64,000 nt of DNA from Nitrospirota bacterium (GCA_963818475.1 CAWFSF010000002.1:576001-640000), one strand, 5' to 3'; counted from the first letter of the stretch, positions 29,816 through 42,201 are shown. Program-made: numbers and translations. Notes: generated by a model not told the origin, from the sequence alone.

Positions 29816-30772
29816 TCACCGGACGGTCTGCCCCTTCCCCCACTCCTCCAAAGACCCTGCGAGCCCTTGCACGACCTTGGCCATGCGTTCATAATCCAGT
29901 GTCCCGGGCAGATCGGTCGGCCTGTGGTAATGGGGGTTGCGGTAAAAAGCGGTGTCCGTGACCATAAGCGCCTGGTAGCCGAATTTGTTGAAGGACCAGT
30001 GGTCGGAGAAATCGATCCCCACAACGATTGCCGGCGCGTTCAGGGTGACCACGGGAAGGTCGGTCGCTTTTTTAAAACTAGCGGCGATGCGCTCGGTAAA
30101 TCCCTTTGAGCGCAGGTTGCCGACAAGCGCGATAAAATTGCCGGCCTTCGGGAAGCGGCGGTTCATGAACGGGAAGGGATAGTGCTGCGAACCCACCGCG
30201 TCGCTGTAGAAACCGAGCATCTCAAGACAGATCATGCCCTCGACATCTTCGTTCTGCGCTTTTAAGCTCCGGGCGTACTGATAGCTCGCCATGTTGCTGC
30301 TGCGGTAGACCGGCCATTCTTCAAGCGCAAAGGCCGCGAACCTGATCGTTTTCACCGGCTTCTTTTTGGACAGCGCCTGCGCAAGGCAGAGAAGTCCTGC
30401 CACACCGCTCGCGTTGTCATCCGCCCCCGGCGTGGTGACTACTGCGTCGTAGTGCGCGCCGACGATAAGGAGCTTTTCCGGGGAACCGCTCCCGCGAACT
30501 TCGGCAATGATATTCTGATAGGTATTTTCGGCAAAATGAACGGGCTGTCTCGTGACGCGACAGCCGAAGGAGGCAAACTGGCCGGAGATATAGTCCGCTG
30601 CCTGGTCCAGGTGGTCCTGGTCCCGGAACGTGCGGATCCCGATCCCGTCGGCAAGCATGGTCACAACCTCTCGGAGCTGTTCAGCCACATCCGTAGAGCA
30701 AAACCTCCTCTCCCTTTTTTCTAAGGGCCGCAGCCGGTCATCTGTTTCCTGAGTAAGCGTCTTGCTCACCAT
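29816..30772 (-). CDS. M28 family peptidase
   Basis: GAHYD, GADDNASG, EE, SDH, YH. Confidence 0.9.
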   Translation of the reverse strand: MVSKTLTQETDDRLRPLEKRERRFCSTDVAEQLREVVTMLADGIGIRTFRDQDHLDQAADYISGQFASFGCRVTRQPVHFAENTYQNIIAEVRGSGSPEKLLIVGAHYDAVVTTPGADDNASGVAGLLCLAQALSKKKPVKTIRFAAFALEEWPVYRSSNMASYQYARSLKAQNEDVEGMICLEMLGFYSDAVGSQHYPFPFMNRRFPKAGNFIALVGNLRSKGFTERIAASFKKATDLPVVTLNAPAIVVGIDFSDHWSFNKFGYQALMVTDTAFYRNPHYHRPTDLPGTLDYERMAKVVQGLAGSLEEWGKGQTVR

Positions 30773-30843
30773 AATCGGGCGACAAACTGACGCATTGAGA
30801 CCACAACATTCAGATCCAATAAATTAGGAACGCGTCTGAAGCC

Positions 30844-31173
30844 CTAAGCCGCCATGCTCGGGGTCACGCTGATGACGCAGTTCGTGCTTCCCCGGTCGTT
30901 CACGACCACTTCCCTGCACTGCGGGTCGGTGATCCAGGACCCGTCCGCGATGTACTTGTACTCGTACCGCCCGGGGACGAGCATGACGGTGGTTTTCCAC
31001 TCACCATGCTTGCTCTTCTTCATGGGGAGCGCGCTCGCGTCCCAGTTGTTGAAGCTGCCGGCAACATACACTTTCTTCGCCTGGGGGGCATCATACACGA
31101 ACTCGACGGCCACTTTCAATTCCACCGGAGCCTTCTGGATTTTTTCCCTTCGCATCTTATCCAGTTCTGGCAT
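30844..31173 (-). CDS. CBM48 / glycogen-binding early-set domain protein
   Basis: VAGSFNNW, GRYEYKY..DG.W..DP. Confidence 0.88.
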   Translation of the reverse strand: MPELDKMRREKIQKAPVELKVAVEFVYDAPQAKKVYVAGSFNNWDASALPMKKSKHGEWKTTVMLVPGRYEYKYIADGSWITDPQCREVVVNDRGSTNCVISVTPSMAA

Positions 31174-31348
31174 TGTTGTCTCCTTCCCTCGACTAGAATG
31201 ATCGTTATGGATATTCTAGCACCATCCCTGAAACATGCAATACGACTTGGTTCGTACATCCTAAAGCATCATTTTTTACATAACCGACGCATCACATGGC
31301 CTCATTCTGTTGCAACAGCCGTCGCTGTCGCAGGTCAGCACCTCATCG

Positions 31349-31912
31349 TTACGCGAGATATTTTTTCCCATCCCGCCAGCAGTCTCCCACCGCAGCTCCC
31401 ATCGTCCAGTACTTTCTGCTGTTCATGTCGAACAGCAGCGGATTCACCTTGGCCAGGTCGACCTGGCCGTCCGTAAGCACCGACTCGTCCGCGTAGGTTG
31501 CCACAATTTCGCCGATGACGACGTCATGGGACTTGATGTCGTAAATGTCCCGCAGCCTGCATTCCATCGACACCGGACAGTCCTTGATGATCGGCGCGGT
31601 CTTAAGCTCTCCGTAAAAGGTCTCAAAGACCGCTGATTTGTCCGTCACAGCCCCGGTGACCATGCCCACGTGGTCCGCGGCAATGAGCTGGGCAGGGCTC
31701 ATGATATTGACGCTGAAGGTCTTCTGCTCACGGATGCCTTTGTTGGTGTGGTGGTGCTTCCCCATCCCGAGCATGATCAGGTGGGGCGGCGCCGCGTTCA
31801 GAATGCCGACATGGGAGATGTTAATGAAATTTACTTTTCCCTTCACCAGCGCTGCCACAACCGTGACCGGCAGGGGATAGAGTGCGTTCATGTTTCCGAT
31901 CTTTTTTTTCAT
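31349..31912 (-). CDS. Flavin reductase family protein
   Basis: FSVNI, APII..CP..MEC, HDVVIGEIV. Confidence 0.9.
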   Translation of the reverse strand: MKKKIGNMNALYPLPVTVVAALVKGKVNFINISHVGILNAAPPHLIMLGMGKHHHTNKGIREQKTFSVNIMSPAQLIAADHVGMVTGAVTDKSAVFETFYGELKTAPIIKDCPVSMECRLRDIYDIKSHDVVIGEIVATYADESVLTDGQVDLAKVNPLLFDMNSRKYWTMGAAVGDCWRDGKKYLA

Positions 31913-31962
31913 GGCTGATCACCTCCAGGGACCGATCGTCCGTAAGGTCTGATAATTACCCC

Positions 31963-32021
31963 AGTTGCTAAGATGGTCATTCGTAAAGCCTCATAAATTA
32001 AATAACCCGTCATTCCGGGCT
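31963..32021. repeat. 59-bp direct repeat, left copy (followed by a GTCATTCTCGCGAAAGCGGGAATCCAG REP)
   Basis: 52/59 identical to 33870-33928. Confidence 0.8.
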
Positions 32022-32122
32022 AACGCCACCTACTTCGTCATTCTCGCGAAAGCGGGAATCCAGGTACCGTGGCAACAACGAGGGGCAGCTATGATGGATT
32101 CTAAAAATATCACAACTGCCCG

Positions 32123-33847
32123 CTACAAAAAATGTCCGGTCAACGTAGCGGTGTTGGACGTGATCCCTGACACTGGATCTGCCGCCGTGATATTCGTGGT
32201 GATGAATTGATTTGGACCGCAGGCTGCTAAAACTGTCGCTACTCCATTGATCACCGAAGCAAAATCAGCGTTCGAGGAAGACCAGGCGGCGGTATTGGTC
32301 AGATCCACCGTGGTCCCGTCAGTAAATAATCCCAAGGCAGAGAACTGGCTGGTCTGCCCCACTATACATCTGATAGAAGCGGACGACGGCGTTACCTGAA
32401 TTGACGCCAGCACTGCAGGCGTTACCGTCAGCGTGGCGGTATTTGAGGTGACTAAGGAAGAACTTGCCGTGATCAGGGTCGTACCCACGGCCTTGGTCGT
32501 GGCCAACCCCTGGGAACCGGTTCCGTTGCTGATCACGGCAACCGCTGCATTCGACGAACTCCACGTTACGCTTGTGGTAATCTCCTTAACCGAGGCATCC
32601 GTTAGCGTCCCGATTGCGATATAGTGCTGACTCCTGCCCAGAGCGATGCTGGTATTTGTCGGCGAGGTGACTATGGATACCGGGACTGGTGGTGTGACCG
32701 TGAGCGTGGCTGCGGGGCTCGAAATTGACCCGAGCTTGGCAGTGATCGAGGTCGTGCCCACTGCCCTGGACGTGGCCAGTCCATTCGAACCCATTGCATT
32801 GCTTATCGTGGCAACTGAGGTGATCGACGAGTTCCATGTTACGGCTGCGGTCATATCCTGCGTCGAGCCGTCAGAAAACATCCCGGTGGCGCTATACTGC
32901 AGATCCCTGCCAAGAGCGAGATTGGTACTTGCGGGAAAGGTCGCCAAGGAGTCGAGGGTGGCCGGCGTGACCGCAAGCGTGGCTGCGGGGCTCGAAATTG
33001 ATCCGACCGCAGCGGTGATCAAGGTCGTACCCGTGGCAAAAGAGGACGCTAAGCCTTGAGAACCGGCCGCATTGCTGATGGTCGCAACTTCGGGAACCGA
33101 TGAGGACCAGGTCGCCAATGTCGTCAGTACATGCGGAGCGCCGTCAACAAGCATGCCCGAGGCCGTGAACTGCTGCATGGTCCCCTTGGCAATACTCGCC
33201 GTTGCCGGAGATGTCGAGATGGTCGCTACTGGCGAAGTGGTAAGCAGAGCGGAACCCGTGATCCCGGTGAACGTCGCCGAAATTGTGACCGTACCCGGAG
33301 CGTTGACAGCGGATGCCAGGCCGGAAGTGTCTACTGTTGCGATATTTATGTCAGATGAGGTCCAGTTCACCCCGGACGTCAATTTCTGCTCCACGCTGTT
33401 GGCAAGCGTCCCGTAAGCAAGGAACTGCTGCGTCATATTCGGTGCGATGCTTGGTGCGATTGGCGGTGTAACGAATAACGACACCATCTCCGATGTCGTG
33501 AGGGTGGCTGATCCTGTTTTGCCGCTGTATTGTGCAGTAATGACAGCGATTCCTGTCGCCGTGCCCGCCGTTGCCAGGCCGTGTGCGCTGACCGTTGCAA
33601 TTCCCGTGTCCGAGGAACTCCACGTTGCCGATGAGGTGAGCTCCACCGTACTGCCATCAGCGTATTCGCCAGAAGCCCTGAACTGCGTGGTAGTAAGAGG
33701 TGCAATGCTTGGACCGGGCGGCGTTACTGCTATTGATATCAGGGTCGGAATTGCGGGCGGCATCGCTTCCTCATCGCCTCCTCCGCATCCGGTAAGCATC
33801 ACGGTCAGGATCATGCCGGAAATCGCTGCGTGTATTCCCCTTTGCAT
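32123..33847 (-). CDS. Lipoprotein with about 6 tandem Big_2 Ig-like domains (Lig-like)
   Basis: LTGC lipobox; repeated SI.VTP..QF.A.G..DG..W.SS..ATI. Confidence 0.88.
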   Translation of the reverse strand: MQRGIHAAISGMILTVMLTGCGGGDEEAMPPAIPTLISIAVTPPGPSIAPLTTTQFRASGEYADGSTVELTSSATWSSSDTGIATVSAHGLATAGTATGIAVITAQYSGKTGSATLTTSEMVSLFVTPPIAPSIAPNMTQQFLAYGTLANSVEQKLTSGVNWTSSDINIATVDTSGLASAVNAPGTVTISATFTGITGSALLTTSPVATISTSPATASIAKGTMQQFTASGMLVDGAPHVLTTLATWSSSVPEVATISNAAGSQGLASSFATGTTLITAAVGSISSPAATLAVTPATLDSLATFPASTNLALGRDLQYSATGMFSDGSTQDMTAAVTWNSSITSVATISNAMGSNGLATSRAVGTTSITAKLGSISSPAATLTVTPPVPVSIVTSPTNTSIALGRSQHYIAIGTLTDASVKEITTSVTWSSSNAAVAVISNGTGSQGLATTKAVGTTLITASSSLVTSNTATLTVTPAVLASIQVTPSSASIRCIVGQTSQFSALGLFTDGTTVDLTNTAAWSSSNADFASVINGVATVLAACGPNQFITTNITAADPVSGITSNTATLTGHFL

Positions 33848-33869
33848 GAAAGTCCCTCCTTTCCTTATG

Positions 33870-33928
33870 AGTTACCAAGATGATCATTAGTAAAGCCTCA
33901 CAAAGTAAATAACCCGTCATGCCGGGCT
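33870..33928. repeat. 59-bp direct repeat, right copy
   Basis: AAGATGATCATTAGTAAAGCCTCA..AAATAACCCGTCAT. Confidence 0.8.
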
Positions 33929-33968
33929 GAGCCGGAATTAGGATCAAGCGTGCGAAGCGCTTGAGCTT

Positions 33969-36900
33969 CTATACCACTGCCCTGCAGGCCCTCGCCGCAT
34001 GCGCTAGCACCTGCTGGATATGAACATCCACCTGCCGGAGGACCGACGGCGATACCGCATAGCCGTCGCTCTCGTAGGTCAGCACCGGCATCCCCTGCCT
34101 GATGCTGAGCGGTTTCAGGATCGCCTCGGAGATGCGGAACGGCAGGCAGTTGAAGGGTCCGATGATGATGATCCCGTCGTAGCCGTCAGCCTCGGCCTCC
34201 AGTCCCCGGCCCACCGTCGGGGTGATCTCGCCGTAGATCCCCGGCGACACGTGGCTTGCGGCCGTCTCGAACAGGGACGCTGCGTTATTGGGGCCGGCCA
34301 CGAGCAGGCCCGTCTTCGCAAAGAGGCTCCTGTAGTTGTCCTCGATCCGCTTCTCCAGCTGGTAGGCGAGCCAGTGCTGCAGATACTTCTTGCCGTCCTG
34401 CTGGAACATCCTCGAACAGGCCTTGGCGAGCGTCGCCAGGCCGCCCGGCTTCATGCCCCAGCCGCTCGCCGCATCGGCAACGCCGTAGTAGATGTGATAC
34501 TGCAGCAGATCGGTCATATCAACGGGCTTCAGGATGATGCCCTGCCTGGTGTAGAGGTCCCGGACGCCATCCATGAAGAACGGGCTGAAGCGGGTGAAAA
34601 AATCGCCCATGACCAGGACCTTGGGACAGGCCCGCGGCTCCCTGATGCGCGGGAGCGCCGCGATCTGTTGGACCAGTCCGGGAAGATCGGCCTGGAACCG
34701 GGCCTCCGAGTCTGTTGCGGCAGCGAACTGCCGCCATTGCCTGCCGAGGCTGTCCACGCTGCCTTCGTCGCCTGCGACACGCAGAACATGCTCGATCTCC
34801 ACGAGGAGATCCGCCACCAGGAGCGTGAGCGCCGTGTGCTTCGCGAGCGTTATTCTGTCGATGGCGCTCCTGCCGTTCTCTTCGGTCGGAGCGAACAGGA
34901 ACAGGTCGGTGAGCTGCTGCTCCGCGATGAACCGCCGGAGAAAGTCCAGGTAGGCGTCGAGCACGCAGGGCGCGCCGCCTTTCAGCATGTAAAATCCGGC
35001 GATCTCGCCGGGTCTGCGCTGTTCGCTGATCTTGAGCAGTTGTCCGATGCAGAGCGGCAGCGGAAGGCATTCGCGCCCCGACGTGTATTGGAGGCCTCGT
35101 TCGAGCTGGCTCCGGTCGAGCGGAGCGAGCTCGCCGGTGTGCAGGCCCATCCAGCGGAACGCCATGGCCATGGCCTGCGTATGGAATTCGGAGAAATTGG
35201 GAAAATAAAAAGTGACGCGCGGATCGTTCATGGCTACAGGCTCGCCGTTGGTCCCGATGACCTGGTTGTTGCTGCCGGTCCGGCAGAGGGAGAAGGTCGC
35301 GCTCTGGGGCGCACTCTGAACAGCTGGCGCGGCCTGATAGTTGTGAACGATGTCAAGAAACGCTTCGATGCGGGTCTGGATCCCGGCGTCGGCAGTGTGC
35401 GCGTCGATCTCGAGGATCAGGTAGGGCTTTGCGCCCATGCCCGACGCGACCTCGGCGTGGGTAAAGGCGTCCACGGTGCAGCTGAAATTGCTGACGCAGA
35501 CCAGGAACAGGTTCGGATGTTTTTTTGCCAACGCCATGGCGTTCAGGATCTGGTTCGAGAAATGCCACGCAAAGGGCCCCTCTTCGATCGGCGCCAGGCA
35601 GTCGGCAGGGATGGCTGCCACGCCCATGCTCGATAGTTTCCTGCCGATCGATTGGGAAGCCTCGGCTGCGTAGGCATTGTAGCTGCGGCCGGCAAGCAGG
35701 ATCGTTGGTTTTCCTTCGGAGAGCGCACGGGCGAGCGCCTGCTGTCCCAGCTCGCGCATGGCGCTTTCTGCATGCATCTGGGCGCTCTTTGCCGCTTCCC
35801 AGGCGTGCTGGACTCGTTCGCGCCGTATGCCGAATTCCTGCGCGAACAGCTCCTCCAGCTCGGGGCCGCATTCGTAGCCCTGCGTGAGATCGAGGACCGG
35901 CGACAGAAAACGGATGTCCGGAAAGGCCGCGGCAAGGAAAAAGGGGCTGGCCTGGGTGATCGGGCAGAGATAGGAATCGCGGCAGGGGCCCGATTTCGGC
36001 ATGCGCTTCACATGCGGCAGGAACACGAGGTCCACGCTCTTGTTTGGCAAGGTCCAGGATCGCTCCGTGCGCTGTCTGCGCCGGAAAGCAGAAACCGGAA
36101 TAGGATTTCAGCTCGCCCCGTGGGTCGACGCCGGACAGGACCACGTCCATGCCGAGGCTGTAGAGGAAGATCGAGTAGAGCGGGAAGAGCGAGTGCGTGA
36201 GGAGCGCTCGCGGGATCCCGATGCGCAGCCGATCGCCCGGTGCCGACGGCCGTTCTTCTCCGGTGTTCGTACGGAAAATCATTTCCGACCGCTGTCCCAC
36301 CAGGTCCGGCGCCGCAGCAACGTGAGCGTTCCGCTTCCACGCCTTTTCGTACAGGCTGCAGCGCCCGCCAAAGGGGAAGCGCCGGCCGCCGACCTCGAAA
36401 CGGTCGATGCTGCAATGCATGCCGCAGGCCTTGCAGATGAAGCGGCCCGGCGACTTCATCTCCGCCGCGGCCAGCGAAAGCAGGTCCGTAGCGCAGTCAA
36501 GCCGGCCCTGGGACCGCGTGAGGGCAAGAAGTGCCACGCCGAGCGCCCCCATCAGTTCCGGGTCGGGCGGGATCACGACCGTGCGGTCCACGCTGTGCGC
36601 AAAGGCATGGCCCACGGCGCGGTTCAGCGCTACACCGCCCTGCAGGAACACCTTTTTGCCCACGGCACGCGGGCCCTTGACCTTGGTGAGATAGTTTGCA
36701 GCAATGGCGTAGACCAGGCCGGCCACAATGTTTTCACGCGACTGGCCCTGCTGGAAGGCGATGCGGATGTCGGAATTGATGAACGCCGCGCAGGTCGCCT
36801 TGAGCTGCACCGGCGACGGCTGCGGAGAGTGCCGCGCCGGCGATCTCAAAGACCGTGATGCCGAGGTCGCCCTGGGCGCTCTCTTCCAGGAACGAGCCGG

Positions 36901-38198
36901 TGCCGGCGGAGCAGGCGTTGTTCATGGCATAATCGATCGGCACGCCGTTCCGGAGCAGGATGTACTTGGCGTCCTGGCCGCCGATCTCGAAGATGGTGTC
37001 CACATCGGGATCGAAGTGGGTCGCGCCTGCGGCATGGGCAGAGATCTCGTTGTACACCTGGCTGGTGCCGAGGTAGGCACCGATGAGCTCCCGGGCCGAG
37101 CCGGTGGTCCCGACCAGTCCGATGCGAAGGTTGCCGGCCTCGCCTGCCATGGCCCTGAGGCATTCGCGTGTCGCTGCCACGGGATCGCTTCGTGTGCGGG
37201 TATAGTGCGAAGCGACCACCGCCTGTGTCGCGGGATCGAGCAAGACCGCCTTGGTCGTCGTCGATCCGGCATCCAGGCCGAGGACCAGCAGGCCCGCCGG
37301 AGGGGCCTGGCGCAGCGGCGGCGCAATGACCCGTACCCGGTCCGCAGAGCGGCCGAGCGGCGGAAAGCTGTCCAGGACCGGCTGGAGCGCGATCTCCGGA
37401 GAACGGTAGCGCGGTTCGTCACGGGTAAGCAGGGCGCAGCCCCAGGCCTCGAAATAGAGGCTTTCGGGTAGGACGACAATTCCGCGGCAGGAAGCTTCTC
37501 CCGGAGCGCCGCGAGCATTGCCGCATTTCTGGACAGGCCGCCGATGACGAGCACCCGTTTGAGCTCCCGCTGCCCCTGTTCGAGCAGCGAGACCACCTTG
37601 TCGGCCATGCGGTCATGCAGCGTATGCAGGATGTCTTCGGTGCTCGCTTCGTTCCGGTTGAGCTTGTGGGTGATGTCCGATTTGCAGTGGACCGAGCACC
37701 GGCCCGCCAGGGGCACGACCGTGCCGCTGGAACGAGCGCTCGATCGCCTCCTCCATGCCGAGCCTCATTCGTCCGATCTGCTGCACAAAGAACTCGCCGC
37801 TTCCGGCAGCGCATTTGTTGTGCGAAAGCACATTCGCGATCCTTCGATCCGTCAGGAGGTATGACCAGGAAGGACTCGCCGCCGAGCGATGCCACGGCGT
37901 CGAAATCACCCCTGGTCTCGTCCAAGGCCCGCTGAATGGCGGCTACCTCGGTGATGTGGCCCCGGCTGCCGGAAACCCCGAAATAATCGGCCCCGGAGAA
38001 CTCCTTCTTGCGCAGCAGTTCCTTGAGCGCCTCCATCGGACGGCCCTGATGGGTCACCACGCTGGAGAAGAGATCGTCGCCTTGCAGGGCAGCCACCTTT
38101 ACGGTGATGGCGCCGATGTTCACGCCGACGCAGCCCGGCCCCCCTGCCAGCGATTCCGGCAAGTCACCATTCTTACTCCGGGACAGGTCATTCAGCAT
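33969..38198 (-). CDS. Fused 2-hydroxyacyl-CoA dehydratase activase (BcrAD/BadFG x2 plus DUF2229-type), split by several frameshifts
   Basis: NKCAAGSGEF, IFEIGGQDAK, NNACSAGTGSFLEE, GGVALN, SGRECLP, GPFNCLP across overlapping ORFs. Confidence 0.85.
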
Positions 38199-38454
38199 AG
38201 TTCTCCTTCATTCAGCGAGGCGAGATGACACGTCTGGGGCTGGGTCGCCGTGGCAAGATATGATAAGTATAGCTCACAGAAAAGTCAGGGAGATTTTATT
38301 CTATTGTTTGGTTTTCTGCGAGCTTAGCGGCTCTGCGCGAGACGCCTTGCTTGTGACCTGATTAGCTGGAAGATATTTATTTTGGGAGAACCGGCAGCAA
38401 GCCGGCAATCCAGGGCATTGCCGTACTCAGCAAGGCCTATGCTAGAATAGAATT

Positions 38455-40374
38455 ATGGATAGCGAACAGGACAAAACAAGCCGGCTCAAGAATCCCCAAA
38501 ACCGGATCCTTATAGCGATCATCCTCATTTCCATGGCCTTCTATCTCTGGCAATTCTCGACGCTTCCTTCCGGCCCTCAGCGCTTTACGATCTCCTACAG
38601 CCAGTTCATGGAGCAGCTCAACGCATCAAATATACGGTCCGTCTCCATCCAGAAACTGCGGGTGAACGGCGAGTTCGTGAAACGAACGGATCTCACCCTT
38701 GCCGATTCGACCAAGCCGGTTCCGGTTCAGCACTTCACGACGCACCTCCCGACCTTCCAGGGTCAGGACCTTTTGGCACGGCTCGACGCGGAAAAAGTCG
38801 CCATCACCATCGAGCCGCCTGAGGAGGGCTCGCTGTTCTGGAATTTTGTGCTGGGTATACTGCCCTGGGTGCTCATCCTCGGATTCTGGTTTTTCATGAT
38901 GCGCCGCGCCCAGCAGATCCAGGGCGGAGCGGGCGGCCTTTTTACCTTCGGCCAGAGCAAAGCCAGGCTCTATGACGTCAAGCGGCCCAAGGTGACGTTC
39001 AAGGATGTGGCGGGGCTGGACAATGTCAAGCAGGAGCTCCGGGAGTCGATCGAGTATCTGAAGGATCCCTCCAAATACGCAAAGATCGGCGCAAGAGTCC
39101 CGAAGGGCGTTCTACTCATCGGACCGCCGGGCACCGGGAAAACACTCCTTGCCCGGGCCGCGGCGGGCGAGGCGGGGGTCCCCTTCTACAGCATCAGCGC
39201 CTCGGAGTTCATTGAAATGTTCGTCGGCGTCGGCGCTTCCCGGGTGCGGGACATGTTCAAAAAAGCGCGCGATTCCCATCCCAGCATTATCTTCATTGAC
39301 GAGATCGATGCCGTGGGACGCACACGCGGCGCGGGCCTGGGCGGAGGGCACGACGAGCGCGAGCAGACGCTGAACCAGCTTCTGAGCGAAATGGACGGGT
39401 TCGATCCCCACGAAGAGGTCATCGTCATGGCCGCGACGAACAGGCCCGATGTGCTGGACCCGGCGCTCCTCCGGCCGGGCAGGTTCGACAAGCATATCGT
39501 GGTCGACCGTCCGGGCTGGAAGGAGCGCAAGGCGATCCTGGAGGTCCATGTGAAGGGAAAGGTCCTTGCAGCGGACGTGGACCTCGAGACTATTGCCCGC
39601 GGCACGCCGGGAATGACCGGCGCGGACCTCGAGAACCTTGCGAACCAGGCAGCGCTCGTGGCGCTCAGGAAGAACGAGAACCTGGTCTCGATGAAGGACT
39701 TCGATGAAGCGCGGGACACGATCCTCATGGGCGGCGTGCGCGAGGAGACGATCTCCGATGCGGAGAAGAAGATAACCGCCTATCACGAGGCGGGGCACGC
39801 GCTCGTTGCCGGGGAACTGCCGGGCACGGATCCGATCTATAAGGTAAGCATCATTCCGCGCGGAATGGCCCTGGGCGTCACCCAGCTCCTGCCTGCAGAG
39901 GACCGTCATTATTATCCCCGCACTTATCTTATGAACAGGCTGGCCGTCGCCCTTGGCGGCAGGTGCGCCGAGAAGCTCTTCTTCAACGACATGAGCAGCG
40001 GGGCCCAGAACGACCTGAAGGAAGCGACCGCGCTTGCGGAGAAGATGGTGGCCCAATGGGGCATGAGCGACAAGGTGGGTCCCATGAACCTCGGGAGAGG
40101 TGAAGAGCACCCCTTCCTGGGAATGGAGCTGGCGCAGCCCAAGCGCTACAGCGAAGAAATGGCCTGGATCATGGACCAGGAGATCCGGCGGCTGTTGCAG
40201 GAGGCCGAAGGCGTGGCCATGGACATCCTCACCCGGAACAGGCATGTCCTCGAACCTCTTGCCGCGGCGCTCATGAAAGAAGAAGTCCTCGAAAGAGCGG
40301 ATGTGGAGCGCATCATTGCGGAAGCGCGGGAAAAGACGACTTCCGGAACGCCGGGAACGGGTTCGGAGAAATGA
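38455..40374 (+). CDS. ftsH: ATP-dependent zinc metalloprotease FtsH
   Basis: [37 protein letters not shown]. Confidence 0.97.
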   Translation: MDSEQDKTSRLKNPQNRILIAIILISMAFYLWQFSTLPSGPQRFTISYSQFMEQLNASNIRSVSIQKLRVNGEFVKRTDLTLADSTKPVPVQHFTTHLPTFQGQDLLARLDAEKVAITIEPPEEGSLFWNFVLGILPWVLILGFWFFMMRRAQQIQGGAGGLFTFGQSKARLYDVKRPKVTFKDVAGLDNVKQELRESIEYLKDPSKYAKIGARVPKGVLLIGPPGTGKTLLARAAAGEAGVPFYSISASEFIEMFVGVGASRVRDMFKKARDSHPSIIFIDEIDAVGRTRGAGLGGGHDEREQTLNQLLSEMDGFDPHEEVIVMAATNRPDVLDPALLRPGRFDKHIVVDRPGWKERKAILEVHVKGKVLAADVDLETIARGTPGMTGADLENLANQAALVALRKNENLVSMKDFDEARDTILMGGVREETISDAEKKITAYHEAGHALVAGELPGTDPIYKVSIIPRGMALGVTQLLPAEDRHYYPRTYLMNRLAVALGGRCAEKLFFNDMSSGAQNDLKEATALAEKMVAQWGMSDKVGPMNLGRGEEHPFLGMELAQPKRYSEEMAWIMDQEIRRLLQEAEGVAMDILTRNRHVLEPLAAALMKEEVLERADVERIIAEAREKTTSGTPGTGSEK

Positions 40375-40562
40375 TCTGTTGCCGATCTTCCCCTATTTGA
40401 CAGGCCCCCATTGTCGCGTTAAGGTTAGTCATCAGCACATACTGCATAAGTATGACAACTGCAGCAAACGGCTACTGACTGCACGTTTCCAGTCTATTAT
40501 TCATCAATATGCAATATCTGATAAAAAGTTCATTGTTTCATTGCCATGAGGGAGGTTTGCCA

Positions 40563-41993
40563 ATGGATGTCTTTCACCATCACGGTGAAAAGAACAGCAA
40601 TTTTCTGATCAAAACGATCATCGACTCGATCAGCGATGCGGTCCTTGTTGTGGGCAAGGATCGCCGCATTGTGCTTGCCAACCCCGCCTCGTCCAGGCTC
40701 TTCGGTTACAGCATGGAAGAGCTGCACGGACAAACCACCGAAATGATCTATCCCGACCGGGAGGCTTATGAAACCACCGGCAAAGATCACTTCGCTTCCC
40801 TGCAGCAGGGGAAACGCCTCCTTTTCGAGTTCACCTTCAGGCGCAAGGACGGCGGCACGTTCGACGCGGAATCGCTCGGCGCTGTGCTGCATGACCTGCA
40901 CGGATCGCCGATGTGGTACGTTGCCGTGATCCGCGACATTACGGAGCGGAAGCGGCTGGAATCGGCGCTTCGGCGGAGCGAGCAGCAGTCCCGGGACCTC
41001 GTCTCGGTCATCGAAGCGCGGCACATTATCTATACGCATGACGAGAACGGAAACTTCACGTACCTGAGCCCTTCGGTCACATCAATACTGGGATATTCGC
41101 GGGAAGAGTTCATGACGCACTTCACCGAGTACATGACGGACCATCCTGCTAACGCCGAAGCGGTCAGGCGAACGGCACTCAGCTTACGGGGCGTGCAGCA
41201 GCCTGCTTATGAGGTCCAGCTTTTTCATAAAAACGGTGAACGCCGTTGGCTCGAGGTCGTCGAAACGCCCCTCCGGGGACCAGACGGTACGATCATGGCA
41301 GTTCACGGCATTGGGCTCGATGTCACGGAGCACAAGCGCAGCGAGGAGTTGCTGCTCGAAAGCGAAGCGCGCTTCCGGAGTATATTCCAGTCCGCCCCGA
41401 TCGGGATGCATATGTACGAGCTCCGTCCCGACGGCAGGCTGGTCTTCATCAACGCCAATCCGGCCGCGGACCGGATCCTGGGTGTAGATAACAGTGTGTT
41501 TATTGGGAAAACAATTGAAGAAGCTTTTCCTCCCTTAACGGATACGGAGATCCCCGATCGGTACCGCGAGGCGGCAGCCACGGGAACGTCGTGGCGATCG
41601 GACAATGTGGATTACGAGAATGGGCGGCTGATCCGGGGCGCCTACGAGGTCGCGGCCTTCCAAACATCGCCCGGCGTCATGGTAGCTGCCTTTACGGACA
41701 TCACCGATCGTAAGAGAAAAGAGGAGGAACTCCGCCGCCTGAATGCGGAATTACAGGAAGCGGCGGCGAAGGTCCGGATCCTCAAGGGCCTGCTGCCGAT
41801 TTGTTCATATTGCAAACGGATCAGGGACGACGACGGCAACTGGGAGCAGATCGAGTTGTACATCAGGAAACGTTCTCAAGCCGAGTTCACACACGGCATC
41901 TGTCCGGAGTGTATGAAGAGGCTGTACCCGCACAATGCATTCCCTACCACCGGCCGCAAGGATCCTGACGACCGTTCGAAATCAGGAAAGTAG
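40563..41993 (+). CDS. Triple-PAS sensor with C-terminal LPICxxCK...HGICPxC domain
   Basis: Three PAS repeats ending DITERK; no kinase domain. Confidence 0.85.
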   Translation: MDVFHHHGEKNSNFLIKTIIDSISDAVLVVGKDRRIVLANPASSRLFGYSMEELHGQTTEMIYPDREAYETTGKDHFASLQQGKRLLFEFTFRRKDGGTFDAESLGAVLHDLHGSPMWYVAVIRDITERKRLESALRRSEQQSRDLVSVIEARHIIYTHDENGNFTYLSPSVTSILGYSREEFMTHFTEYMTDHPANAEAVRRTALSLRGVQQPAYEVQLFHKNGERRWLEVVETPLRGPDGTIMAVHGIGLDVTEHKRSEELLLESEARFRSIFQSAPIGMHMYELRPDGRLVFINANPAADRILGVDNSVFIGKTIEEAFPPLTDTEIPDRYREAAATGTSWRSDNVDYENGRLIRGAYEVAAFQTSPGVMVAAFTDITDRKRKEEELRRLNAELQEAAAKVRILKGLLPICSYCKRIRDDDGNWEQIELYIRKRSQAEFTHGICPECMKRLYPHNAFPTTGRKDPDDRSKSGK

Positions 41994-42045
41994 GCCGCCC
42001 AGTATCATCCTTAAGAACAGACACAGTAACTCACCTTGCTTTGCA

Positions 42046-42201
42046 TCAATGGCAATCTGCTCCTTTGCTGTTGCCCCTGCCGTTGCACGCTCCCGCGTCG
42101 CAACCCGGGCAATGCCCCTTTTTTTTCCAGAGGGAATGATAAAGCAAGAAGAGCGCTCCCGCGATGATCGAGACCATCAGTACTATGTCAATAACTCCCA
42201 T
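42046..42201 (-). CDS. FeoB-associated small Cys-rich membrane protein
   Basis: Own translation MGVIDIVLMVSIIAGALFLLYHSLWKKKGHCPGCDAGAC...; AAGGAGGGG RBS. Confidence 0.8.
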   Translation of the reverse strand: MGVIDIVLMVSIIAGALFLLYHSLWKKKGHCPGCDAGACNGRGNSKGADCH

